Assembly: GCF_006345805.1 (NCBI RefSeq)
Contig: NC_043013.1
Location: 16,864,001 to 16,928,000 of the forward strand
Direction of reading: 5' to 3'
Source of the DNA: Octopus sinensis
Taxonomy: Eukaryota
Length of the DNA stretch: 64,000 bases
The position numbers and the translations under genes are program-made. Each line of letters starts with the position of its first letter. Position 1 is the stretch's first letter. A model generated the notes under the pieces. It was given only the letters and a program-made list of their open reading frames with translations. It ran no database searches and was not told the DNA's origin. Shown piece by piece: positions 12,730 through 24,825 of this stretch.

Positions 12730-13700
12730 AAAGAATCAAAAGACATCGGCTAGATTGTAGCTGGGGTATAACAGTTCCCTCAAAGTAGTCAATCTTCAAA
12801 CAACTCCTTGATCTTGACCACCAGCTCAGTCTTGGTGTTGCAAACAGAGCTGTTGATGTCTTTCTCAACCATGTCCCACATATAATGGAAGCACTCCGTC
12901 GGTTACGACGACGAGGGTTCCGGTTGATTCGATCAACTGAACAGCCTGCTCGTGAAATTAACGTGTAAGTGGCTGAGCACTCCACAGACACGTGTACCCT
13001 TAACGTAGTTCTCGGGGATATTCAGCGTGACACAGAGAGTGACAAGGCCGGCCCTTTGAAATACAGGTACAACAGAAACAGGAAGTAAGAGTGAGAGAAA
13101 GTTGTGGTGAAAGAGTACAGCAGGGATCACCACCATCCCTGCCGGAGCCGCATGGAGCTTTAGATGTTTTCGCTCAATAAACACTCACAACGCCCGGTCT
13201 GGGAATCGAAACCGCGATCCTACGACCACAAGTCCGCTGCCCTAACCACTGGGCCATTGTGCCTCCTCCCACATATAGTAATCCATGAGATTACAATTGG
13301 CGGAATTAAGAGGCCAGAAATTAGGGCTAGTGAAGTCATAGAAATTCTCTGACGGCCACTTCTGACTCTTTCCAGGGGTATGGCAAGGGACCAAATCCTG
13401 CTGCAGAACCCTCTCCAGTCAGGGTTTGACTAGTCTCCAGCAGTTTCCCATGTCCATGTGAAAGATGTGGGGGTTAATTCCAGCTTGCAGACACAGTCAG
13501 AATGCCTGCTGTGCCCCTTCCTGCTGGCCACTGCATCGTAGACTCCATTGAAGCTATCCATGTCATGTCTTACCTTTATAATTTTCAGAGCATTAAACAA
13601 GTGATGATGTCAGGGTGAATCATCATGATGCAGGTAACACTTTCCCAATATTCAGATGGCTTTCAGTCTCCCATGTCAGCTGACTATTTCTCAACTACAA
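12730..13700 (-). mobile_element. maT/DD37D-like transposase remnant interrupted by a SINE
   Basis: LVKP*LER..QQDLVPCHTPGKSQKW..ENFYDFTSPNFWPLNSANCNLMDYYMW, then SINE, then YMWDMVEKDINSSVCNTKTELVVKIKELF; homologous to 63400-64000. Confidence 0.8.
12885..13266 (-). mobile_element. tRNA-derived SINE (family C), full length with 11-bp TSD
   Basis: Head TGGCCCAGTGGTTAGGGCAGCGGAC...GGTTTCGATTCC (A and B boxes); TSD TCCCACATATA at 12874-12884 and 13267-13277. Confidence 0.9.
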
Positions 13701-13805
13701 CTTTGATCCTTATGCTCTCTAATACCATTGACTGTTCACCAATACATCAAGCTGATCCCTAAAAAAGGGAGGCAAAAATTAGTCAAATCTAGCCCAAACA
13801 ATTTG

Positions 13806-13839
<34 letters not shown>

Positions 13840-13841
<2 letters not shown>

Positions 13842-14065
13842 TGTGATACAATATAATAACAAATATAATATAATAACAATATAATAATATATATATAATA
13901 TATAATATATATAAAATATATAAAATATATATAAAATATATATAATATATATAGTATATATAAAATATATAAAATATAATAATATATATAATATATATAA
14001 ATATATAAAATATATATAATATATATAATAACAATATAATAAATATAATAACAAATATAATAACT
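13840..14065. repeat. Near-pure A/T low-complexity tract
   Basis: Degenerate (ATATAA)n/(AT)n, almost no G or C. Confidence 0.92.
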
Positions 14066-14529
14066 ATGATAACAAAAATGACTTATATTATTTAATCATC
14101 TCTGTGAATCTGAATTATTCTAATTCACTGAGCCCTTTGCTAGGCTTTACAAGAAGAATTATTCTTATTACATTTACGAAATATTTTTTTCCCAGTTACC
14201 ATGATTTACAAACACACACACACACTCAGAAGGACAGGAAATGAGAGACCTGGGAGAAGGAGAAGTAGAAGAGAGAGAGAGAGAGAGAAAGAGAGAGGGA
14301 TAATCATCGTACATCGGCTTTTTTTATTCCATGCAATGTAATCAGTATTGGAGAGAAGCAATGAGCCGCAGTATTGATTGCTTTAAGTCAACACCATCTG
14401 TTAACAACAACATTGATATTGTCTGGCCACTGTACAAGCGAAACACTGGTGTGCCACCCACCATCTCCTCTCTCTGCCTGTCCATTTTGCCTCACCAATT
14501 CTTCTCTCTAGTGCTTTGCTTCCTCCTCT

Positions 14530-14742
14530 ACATCATCACCATTTCTACCACCACCGCCACCACAATCATCATCATTACCATTATCATCATCATTATCGTC
14601 GTCATCGTCATCGTCATCATCATCATCATCATCATCATCATTATCATCACCATCATCATCGTCGTCGTCATCATCATCATCATCATCATCATTGTCATCA
14701 TCACCATTATCATCATCATCATCGTTGTCATCATCATCATCG

Positions 14743-14774
<32 letters not shown>

Positions 14775-15170
14775 GTCATCATTGTCATCATCATCATCGT
14801 CGTCGTCGTCGTTGTCATTGTCATTATTACTGTCACCTCCATCATCGCCACCAGCATCACAATAACCACCACTACAACCATCATCGTTGTGATCATCATC
14901 ATCTCAGCCCTCATCACCACCATCACCATTAGCATGACTGTCATCATCACTATCATCATTGTTGCCATCATCGTCATCGTCAGCATCATCATCATCATCA
15001 TCATCATCATCGCCGTTGTCATCTTTGTCATCATCACTACCATCACCAACAACACCATCATCATGATCATTGTTTACAGCTGTCATCATCATCACCACTA
15101 CCAACAACAACAACAACAACAACTACAACACCATTATCATCATCATCAACATCACGATTGTCATCATCAT
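14530..15170. repeat. (CAT)n/(CGT)n microsatellite field
   Basis: Directly visible; source of the 288-aa poly-Ile ORF. Confidence 0.95.
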
Positions 15171-15709
15171 AAGGCCAGTTCTGTTGACAGTGTCTGATGG
15201 AATATTCTAGCAATCAACCCTATAAAGACATGTCATGTGGTTTGTAAATCTAATCAATTTAAAATATAGCTGGAAGCCAGCTCATCTTTGGATAGTGGAC
15301 CATGTTCCAGTGTGTGTGTGTGGTGGGGGTGGCAGTGGCGGCAGTGGTGGTGGCAGTTGCTGTGGTGGTAGTAGTAGCGATGGCAGCAATGATGATGGGG
15401 CGGTGGTGGTTGTACTGGTATGTTACTCTTCCAACTTAAGTAAGGACACAATAATTAGTTTTTCTAACTATTGTGGCTGGAAAATAAAAAAGTTGGGATG
15501 AGCAAGACTAGAACACCTTTCAGTTATAGATCTGATGGATCGCAGGGTTTAACAATGCACATTTCTTTCTGTTGCCAACCCAACAGTGTCTCCCTCTACA
15601 AAACAATGCTATGAATGCATTTACCAAATGGTTATCTTCAAAGCAAACCTCTAAGACTCACTGTTTTTCTGCCCCTAATTTTCCTACAGCTTCAGCTGTG
15701 AATGGATGA

Positions 15710-16010
15710 AGATCCCCTTTGGTCATGAATAACCATGGGATTGAACCAAGAAAGTTACCCTCAAAGGCACAAGTCCAAGCAAGGTTGTTTGTGGAAGACC
15801 AGCAGTCACCCATGCATACCAGCCTCCCTTCTCCATACCACCAATATTAACCAAGGGAAAGGCAAAGGTTGATACTGCAGTGGCACTAATGACATCACAA
15901 CTCATTTCTACAGCTGAGTGAACTGGAGCAATGTGAAATAAAGAGTCTTGCCCAAGAACACAACACACACCCTGGTCTAGGAATCGAACTCACTACCTCA
16001 TGATTGCCAG
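15710..16010 (-). mobile_element. tRNA-derived SINE (family E)
   Basis: Minus-strand B box GAGTTCGATTCC; homologous to 44912-45245. Confidence 0.78.
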
Positions 16011-16881
16011 GTTGAGCAACCTCCTAGAGGTGCTCTGGAGTGGTGGTGATAATTTTCCCCAAATACCCCAGGGGCTTACCAAGGCATTATTGATGATTGA
16101 GGGTTCTTTTAAGGATCATTCAATGAAAAATTTATCCTAAACCATCATTACTTACAAATTGGTGCTGGAGAATGGTTACATGAAGGTGAAGTGAATGAAA
16201 GACAAATTTTCTCCTGGATAGAAAACTACTCTATTTGAAGAAGTATTCCCACATAACTAATAACATGATCACTGGAGCTACCCATCAAGCCTGCAATTAG
16301 CCAATATGGACAGGTTGGCTTATAGATAGACTGGCAATATGCTGGGGCTTTCACCCAGCCATGGATGACCAACACCTAAGAGATAGTTTTGGTAGATATA
16401 CCACCAAACATTTCCAAGTACTTTACATAAACTAAAGTAGGTAATAGTAAATATTATCTCAAAAATTACTTACAGTTAATTTAAAGTTAAGATGCAAAGA
16501 ACAGACGTGGTTGTGTTGTTTAAGATGTTTACTTCTCAGTTGTGTGGTTTCAGGTTCAGTTCCTCTGTGTGGAACCTTGGGCAAGGAACCTTCATGTCAT
16601 TTTTCATATATATTTGACTACTTTTGTCTAAAGCATCCTCCTTTTCTAATACAGCAAGATGCAATTTGAGAGTTATTTGGCTACTATTTCTTGCAAATCA
16701 AATGACAGTACAGAGATTCCTTCATTGATTTGTTGTTGTTGTTGTTGTTGTTGCTATTATCGTTGTTAATATCGTTATTACTGTTTTCATCATTTGTATC
16801 TGTAATTATCATAGTTGACTTATTAGTATTTCAATTCCCTCCTTGCTTCCCAGGAAAAGGAGGAGGACAAACAAGAAGTAT

Positions 16882-16916
<35 letters not shown>

Positions 16917-17009
16917 TCTCATTAAATAATTACTTTTTTATACCTGAAACTCCCATCACAGCCTGCTGACTTATATTATTTAGCACTGTCTAGTAAATTC
17001 TTATTAGTT

Positions 17010-17063
<54 letters not shown>

Positions 17064-17384
17064 TCTGGAGAATTGACCATTAAAATGGCAACATTAATAT
17101 TGGTTCTCATTTAGTAGAAAGTAATTTAGATGAAATGAAAGATTAAAAAAAATAGCAATTTTCTACCAATTACCTCTGAAACAAGGACTATTGTGCTTAA
17201 TGTTGTTGTTGCCGTCATTGTCATGGCTGTCATCGTTGTCAGTGTTGTTGTTTAGCATCAGGTCAACCTCGAATGAACAGTCCTATGCTCAAAAACCTTC
17301 TAGCAATGGTCAGCCCATACATTTAGTAATGTCTTGCATTATATATATATATCTAATAAGCTTCTTGTTTAGAGAGGCTTGGTG

Positions 17385-17830
17385 AAAACATGGTCGTTGC
17401 CCTGGACGTCAGGAAAGCCTTTCTTCATGTCTGGCATGCAAATCTCTTATTGAAACTTCTCAACCATGGGCTTCACTCATCTTTCATCTCTTGGCTCAGT
17501 AGATTTCTATCTGCTCACTCCATCACACCATGTATTGACAAAGCTCTTCCTTCCCAGTTGTCGGTCATCTTTGATGTTTCTTAGGGTTGGGTTTTGTCTC
17601 CCTTTCTACTCTCTTCTTTTTTATATACATCAACAACTTACTTGCCACTACATCCAACAATGTCCATTCTTATGCAGATAACATAAAACTTCATTCCTCT
17701 CTGACTTTCCCCAACCTTGCATCATTCACACACAAGCCAAACATCATAGACCAAGCCTGCATTGATTTTGTAAATTGATACCTTGGGAACATCCTTCATT
17801 AGGGCCATGCCAACTTTGTCACTTTTAACA
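17385..17830 (+). mobile_element. Non-LTR (CR1/L2/Jockey group) RT-domain fragment
   Basis: ALDVRKAFLHVWHANLLLKL, SWLSRFL, LSTLFFFIYINNLL, VHSYADN (YADD-like), spread over frameshifted ORFs. Confidence 0.85.
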
Positions 17831-17914
17831 GCAAAACATTCAAGCAAAACCACTCAGATCAAGAAAAGCACCACTGACCACATCCATTCTAAAGATGAGA
17901 GGTACTCAAATATT

Positions 17915-19230
17915 GGGACAGCAGCTGTATGATATATTTATTGAACGTCTGTTAACAATTTTCTTGTATTTATGATTTATTGGAAAATATTTATCTAAAA
18001 GTGACAGGAATTTCCTTCCTACATCTGTCTGAACATTAAGAGAGACAGGTGGAGTGAACCAAATTATTTTCCTTGCTTTATTGTTTATGATTCATACTTC
18101 TATTTAAAAAGTTGTAATATATTTTATCTTTGAAACCACTGTTAGCCAGGGAATTGTTATAGTTGGGGGCTGCCTTATCAAATATTTGTTTAGAAGTGAT
18201 TCGATGCCCTATTACTAACATTAGCTATCAAATTCTTAAAGATCACAGCAGAGTGACAGGAGTGTTTATGTATGCACGAGAGCTTCTTGTTTGGCTTATG
18301 ATACAGCTCAATAAAAATATGATACGGCTGATGCCCCAATATGAAGAACATTATAACTTTCAAAAATCAAGACATCATGAATTACAATCCTCAGCTTCCC
18401 TGATTGCAGAAAGATCATTAAATACAACTGACTTAGAACAAAATAACGGAAAATATGTCTAAGCCCGCAAGACAGCAACTCAATCCAGAGCAGATAGTGC
18501 CCTCTAATTTGATAAAATAAACCTGTTCATGTGTCTACACCTGCTGAAAATTAAGGAGTGTGTTGGAATTGTGTTGGAATTGTGGAATGTAAGAAGTATA
18601 CACGATCTTTCAGTTATGCATAAGTTGCACTTCTTAGATCCATTAACATATGGCTTGGATTTCCAACTTAGCTGCATTACTTTTATTGATGTGCCAGAAA
18701 GAAGTTAGGTGGTTTGCATAACATCTTTTGAGTTTCCCCTCACATAAGCTGATGTAATTCTTATTTTCAATTGATTTGTCTTGCAGTGTAGCTGTAACTT
18801 CAGCCTCATATATGACAGAGTTTATCATACATTCCTGGTAAAGTAGGCAAGCTTCAGGGACACAACAGTTACAACTGTGAGTGGTCTCTTGGTGATTTTT
18901 GCAAGTTATAATATTCTTCATATAGGGGCAGCAACTGTATAATATTTTTATTGAACATCTGTTAACAATTTCTTGTATTTATGATTTATTGGAAAATATT
19001 TGTCTAAAATTGACAGGAATTTATTTCCTACATTAGTCTTGACATTAAGGGAGAAAGGAGGAGTGAACCAAATTATTTTCCTAGCTCTATTTTCTATGAT
19101 TCCTATTTTTATTTAAAAAGTTGTAATATATATTATCTTTGAAACCACTGATAGCCAGGGAATTGTTATAGTAGGGGGCTACCTTATCAAATATTTGTTT
19201 AGAAGATAGATTCGGTACCCTATTACTATA
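17915..19230. mobile_element. Penelope-like element: RT C-terminus plus GIY-YIG endonuclease, three partial copies
   Basis: Minus 19230 to 18590: QIFDKVAPYYNNSLAISGF...IIWFTPPFS...MKNII..CNC...VIYEAEV...YISLCEG..KRCYANH..SF...PYVNGSKKCNLCITE. Second minus copy 17915-18200; plus-strand fragment 18305-18375 (SIKI*YG*CPNMKNII). Confidence 0.85.
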
Positions 19231-19315
19231 GGTGTAGGGGAGGGAAGGAGGTGAGGGAGGAGGAGGAGGAGGAGGAGGGTGATGATGGTGGTGGTGATAA
19301 TGATGATGATGATGC

Positions 19316-19361
<46 letters not shown>

Positions 19362-19978
19362 AGTATACTGCTATGTCTATACATACATCTAAGTGTGTGT
19401 GCATAAGTTCATGGACATATATGTATACCTGTGTGTCTACATCCATGTTTACCTTTATATCCCTTAATATAAACAGCTCAACAACAAAGATTGATAAATT
19501 TAAAAATATATATACCAGACTTCAAACCAAAAAACAAAAAAGCAAAAAAAAAAGCTAGTACTGAGAGGTCGATATGACTGACCAAAATCTTCAAAGTGTT
19601 GCCCCAACATGGCTAAACTCCAGAGACCGAATATGTATGTGTGTGTGTGGAATCAATTATGGATTATCTTCAACTTTGTAAATGATAGTTCGTTATTGGT
19701 TTATTGGCATTTCAGTTAATATGTAAATTAGTCAGCCTCTCATGTTTAACTGATGTCTTATTTATAGGACATCGTTTAAATATTTATGCGTACACATTTA
19801 CATGCACTTTAATAAATTTACATACTGGCTACATGCCAAAATGCTAATTGTACACGATAATATACAGACACACACACACACATATTTACATATGTGCATA
19901 AACTCATGCACATTTGTGTACATATATGAGATGAGAGACAAAGAGAGGGATAGAAAGATATATAAAGATATATATTTA

Positions 19979-20049
<71 letters not shown>

Positions 20050-20058
<9 letters not shown>

Positions 20059-20101
20059 GCATATATATATGCATATATATATATATATATATGCATATAT
20101 A

Positions 20102-20181
<80 letters not shown>

Positions 20182-20250
20182 ATGTGTGTGTGTGTGTGTG
20201 TAGGTATATACATATATATATGTATATATATATGCACACACACATATGTG

Positions 20251-20284
<34 letters not shown>

Positions 20285-20596
20285 TGTATGCATGCATGTA
20301 CAAATATAATTATACACACGGGTGTGGATAGCCAAGTTAGATTTCCTTAAATATCATGGTTGGCATCTTCTGTGATCAATGCTGCTGCATATATATTCAT
20401 ACATATATAAACACACAAATACACAATACACACACACACACACACACACACAAAGAACCTTGCTTTGCAGACATATGGCTCCAGTTTATGTGGTGTACTT
20501 TGAGCAAGTGTCTCTTACTATAGCCCAGGGCTGACCAATGCCTTGTGAGTGAATTTGGTGAATGGAAGCTGTGTAGACGCTCATTTTATATACATG

Positions 20597-20644
<48 letters not shown>

Positions 20645-21234
20645 AGTGCATATGTGGTGTGTATGTGGTGTTTGGGTTTGTCTGCCCCACCACTCCGCAA
20701 CAGCTGTTGGTTTCTTTACATTCCTGTAACATAGCAGATGAGCAAAAGGGACCAACACCATAATTACCAGAGTTTAAAGATAGATACAGGGGTCAATTCG
20801 TTCAGCTAAACTTAACTAGGTGGTGTCCAGCATGGCTGAAGTCCAATGACTGAAAAAGATAAAAGGTATATACATAGACAGACAAATAAAAGAGACCATC
20901 CAGAAGAGTTGCAGGAGATTCCAAAGTCGTCTGGAGGGCGTGGTTGAAGCCAGTGGCAATTTTATTGAATAAATTTACTCTTTAGTATTTCAATATATTC
21001 TTGTGTAATTTTGGTTAATATATCTGTTAAAATAAGATGTCAGTGTTATTTTCATTTTGTGTAATTTAGACGTCAATATATTCACCACACCCTATATATA
21101 TATATATATATATATGTAAACAGTAAAAAATAAATACAGACATGGACAAGAACATGAAACACCAAAGAGACGACACAAGAACCACAGATATATATATATA
21201 TATCTATATATATATATATATATGCATATATATA

Positions 21235-21291
<57 letters not shown>

Positions 21292-21373
21292 TATATATAT
21301 ATGTATGTATATGTGTGTGTGTGTAGGTATATACATATATATATGTATATATATATGCACACACACATATGTG

Positions 21374-21407
<34 letters not shown>

Positions 21408-21548
21408 TGTATGCATGCATGTACAAATATAATTATACACACGGGTGTGGATAGCCAAGTTAGATTTCCTTAAATATCATGGTTGGCATCTTCTGTGATC
21501 AATGCTGCTGCATATATATTCATACATATATAAACACACAAATACACA

Positions 21549-21581
<33 letters not shown>

Positions 21582-21723
21582 GAACCTTGCTTTGCAGACA
21601 TATGGCTCCAGTTTATGTGGTGTACTTTGAGCAAGTGTCTCTTACTATAGCCCAGGGCTGACCAATGCCTTGTGAGTGAATTTGGTGAATGGAAGCTGTG
21701 TAGACGCTCATTTTATATACATG

Positions 21724-21763
<40 letters not shown>

Positions 21764-22307
21764 AGTGCATATGTGGTGTGTATGTGGTGTTTGGGTTTGT
21801 CTGCCCCACCACTCCGCAACACCTGTTGGTTTCTTTACATTCCTGTAACATAGCAGATGAGCAAAAGGGACCAACACCATAATTACCAGAGTTTAAAGAT
21901 AGATACAGGGGTCAATTCGTTCAGCTAAACTTAACTAGGTGGTGTCCCAGCATGGTTGAAGTCCAATGACTGAAAAAGATAAAAGGTATATACATAGACA
22001 GACAAATAAAAGAGACCATCCAGAAGAGTTGCAGGAGATTCCAAAGTCGTCTGGAGGGCGTGGTTGAAGCCAGTGGCAATTTTATTGAATAAATTTACTC
22101 TTTAGTATTTCAATATATTCTTGTGTAATTTTGGTTAATATATCTGTTAAAATAAGATGTCAGTGTTATTTTCATTTTGTGTAATTTAGACGTCAATATA
22201 TTCACCACACCCTATATATATATATATATATATATGTAAACAGTAAAAAATAAATACAGACATGGACAAGAACATGAAACACCAAAGAGACGACACAAGA
22301 ACCACAG

Positions 22308-22330
<23 letters not shown>
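20050..22330. repeat. Tandem duplication, unit ~1.12 kb
   Basis: Anchors GTACAAATATAATT at 20298 and 21421, CATGGACAAGAAC at 21140 and 22261; copies differ by a few SNPs/indels and microsatellite lengths. Confidence 0.95.
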
Positions 22331-22346
<16 letters not shown>

Positions 22347-22350
22347 ATAT

Positions 22351-22530
22351 ATACTTTATTTAAAGCAGCAGAAAATTCAACAAAATCTGTTACTCTGAGT
22401 TTCTCGTTGCTGTTCATCAACGTAACAGATTTTGTTGAATTTTCTGCTGCTTTAAATAAAGTATATTACTCTACCACTGGTATTTGAGTACTCTTTTTTC
22501 CACCTTGTTTCACATTTATATGTTTACTCC

Positions 22531-22535
<5 letters not shown>
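22351..22535. mobile_element. Inverted-repeat remnant (43-bp perfect arms) of a probable Penelope-like terminal repeat
   Basis: ATACTTTATTTAAAGCAGCAGAAAATTCAACAAAATCTGTTAC (22351-22393) and its reverse complement (22423-22465); the loop region holds a decayed hammerhead-like motif on the minus strand. Confidence 0.6.
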
Positions 22536-22566
<31 letters not shown>

Positions 22567-23160
22567 CTAAAGCTGCCTTCTCCCACCCTCAGATTTCATC
22601 CTCCTCCAAGCTGCATGTCAACCTGAGAAGAAATGTACCCACTATACACAGTAAAGTGGTTTGTATTAAGAAGTGCATCCAACCATAGAAACCATAGCAA
22701 AACAGACACTGGAGTATGATACAGTCCGTGGCCTCATTTGATCCTGTCAAGATGATGGTGATGATGGTAGTGGTGGTGGTGGTGGTGGTGGTGGTTGTGG
22801 TGATGATATACACACACACACATATGTAAGCATGTGCGTGTGTGTGTGCACATATTTAGTAAAAGCTTGTTTCATTTGTCATTTTCCTTTCCTACCAATT
22901 TATCATTAATGATTATCCCCCAAACTGTAATTTGATAATGATACTAATTAGCCTATAATTATATGTTATTTCATGGACAGTGATATCTATATCAATGTAA
23001 TACAATATACATACGTGTTATCTAGTAAACCAATGAGAAAGTGTGCATGTATGTGTAGATACATCCATCCATCCATCCATCCATCCATCCATACATACAT
23101 ACATACATACATACATACATACATACATACATACATACATACGTACGTATATACATACAT

Positions 23161-23490
23161 ACAGGGTATGGAAAGTATTCATTCGCAATTTTCGACTGAT
23201 AATTTTATGCACTTTCTTTTTTACTTTCATTGGTCTTTTACTTCTTAAAGACAATAACCATTTTTGCTTCATTTCTTTGCAGAATAATTGACAATGGAAA
23301 ATTTTGAACCCCACCAATTTGTGGAAGAGGCATGAAGTCTTCTTTGGAATCTATGCCAGAAGGATAAACAAAGAGATTTCAGACTCCCTAAATGTCAGCA
23401 GAAGGATGGTGGGAAAGGTCAGAAAGGAGCAGGAAGATTCAGGATTGAACTATGAGGCAATAGCAGAGACAAACCCATGCTCAACGATCT
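23161..23490 (+). mobile_element. maT-like transposon 5' end (TIR plus HTH-coding start)
   Basis: TA-CAGGGT start; WKRHEVFFGIYARRINKEISDSLNVSRRMVGKVRKEQEDSGLNYEAIA resembles a maT N-terminus. Confidence 0.65.
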
Positions 23491-23559
23491 AACACTATAT
23501 ACATATATATATAGACACACACACATATATAGACATATATATATATATATATATATATC

Positions 23560-23760
23560 GGGCATGGCTGTGTGGTTAGGGAGCTTGCTTCCTAGCTATA
23601 TGGTTTCGGGTTCAGTCCCACTGCGTGGCACTTTGGGTAGGTGTCTTCCACTATAGCCCCGAGCTGACCGGAGCTTTGTGATCGAATTCGGTAGGTGGAA
23701 GTTACTGCCGTGTGTGTACATGTGCGTGTAGGTGCTTGTGCCTCTCCCAAAGAGAGAGGG
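23560..23760 (+). mobile_element. Family-B SINE, 5' half
   Basis: A box TGGCTGTGTGG, B box GGTTCAGTCC, central CACTTTGGGTAGGTGTCTTCCACTATAGC. Confidence 0.8.
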
Positions 23761-24005
23761 ACGCTAAATGATATATATATATATATATATATACATATAT
23801 ACAGACACATCTGGTGGCAAAAACCTCCCAGATTCACCATTCTTGATAAATATTTCAACATCAAATACATGCTACCCTTGTTTAAACCCTGATGATAACT
23901 GAAAGAAGAATGATAGAACATTAAACAATTGCAGCGTGGAAGGTGTTTACAAGCCATTTAAGAAACACACAAAACTGTTAGATTCACTTCAACATTTAAA
24001 TTTAA

Positions 24006-24056
24006 TTTGTCAAAATATTTTCGTTGCTTTGAGACCGCAACCTGTTCACTGACAAA
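24006..24056 (-). ncRNA. Candidate minimal type-I hammerhead ribozyme with G3:C8-swapped core
   Basis: Minus strand TTTGTCA-GTGAACA-G-GTTGC-GGTCTCAAA-GCAAC-GAAA-ATAT-TT-TGACAAA: 7-bp stem I, 5-bp stem II, GAAA, palindromic short stem III. Confidence 0.55.
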
Positions 24057-24069
24057 ATTCCATGCTGCA

Positions 24070-24112
24070 TCAGTGAACAGGTCACGGTCTCAAAGCGACG
24101 AAAATATTTTGA
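24070..24112 (+). ncRNA. Second copy of the G3:C8 hammerhead-like motif (stem I shortened to 3 bp)
   Basis: TCA-GTGAACA-G-GTCAC-GGTCTCAAA-GCGAC-GAAA-ATAT-TT-TGA. Confidence 0.45.
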
Positions 24113-24419
24113 CAAATTAAATTTAAATGTGGAAGTGAATCTAACGGTTTTTGTGTGTTTCTTAAATGGCTTACAAACACCTTCCACGCTGCAATTGTTT
24201 TCGTTCCAGCACACGATCTCAGATCTCAGCACACGATCTACTTTGCAAGTACATCTCTGTGATAGAACATTAGCTGTATGAAAATACTATTAGTATCTGC
24301 CTACCTTTATTAGTACCACACAAGTGACCTTGTAAAATATGGGAGGTTTTTGTATGGTACCCTGTACATCTGTTCAACTGATACACTCTATATCTGTCTT
24401 TAATCTTTTATCGTTCATC

Positions 24420-24780
24420 ATTTACTTGTTTTAGTCATTGGTCACCACCTCGAAGTGATTAGCCAAACGGTTCTAATCTTTAAGTCTGGTGCAATATCTA
24501 TTGGTCCCTTTTGCTGAACGACAAAGTTAAAGGGAGGTAAACAAACCAACAGCGGTTATCAAGTGGTAGTGGGAGGCAAATACAAGCACAAAGACACAGG
24601 CAAACATGCACTCACACACACATAGAGTTTCCACCTAGCAAATTCGACTCATTAGACAGTGGTCAGCCTGGAGCAATATTAGAAGTCACTTGCTCAAGGT
24701 ACTGCATAGTGGGATTGACCCTGAAACCATGTGATTGTAAACCAAGCTTCTTAATCACACAGCCAAGTGTGTGCTTGTGT
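24420..24780 (-). mobile_element. Degenerate family-B SINE
   Basis: Reverse-complement similarity to the family-B head (24690-24770) and tail (24420-24560). Confidence 0.65.
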
Positions 24781-24825
24781 GATTATATCATACCACAATA
24801 TATTTCATTTCAAGTAAACCAGTGA

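Larger units (their letters stand above)
23924..24259. mobile_element. Palindromic Penelope-like terminal-repeat insertion (~130-bp inverted arms) with 13-bp TSD
   Basis: Arms ~23924-24051 and ~24070-24198 are reverse complements; flanked by TGATAGAACATTA at 23911-23923 and 24260-24272; a third arm copy lies at 45912-46050. Confidence 0.75.

Noticed and set aside
16010-16440. Non-repetitive-looking segment with broken reading frames
   Set aside because: No recognisable motif in any frame I translated.
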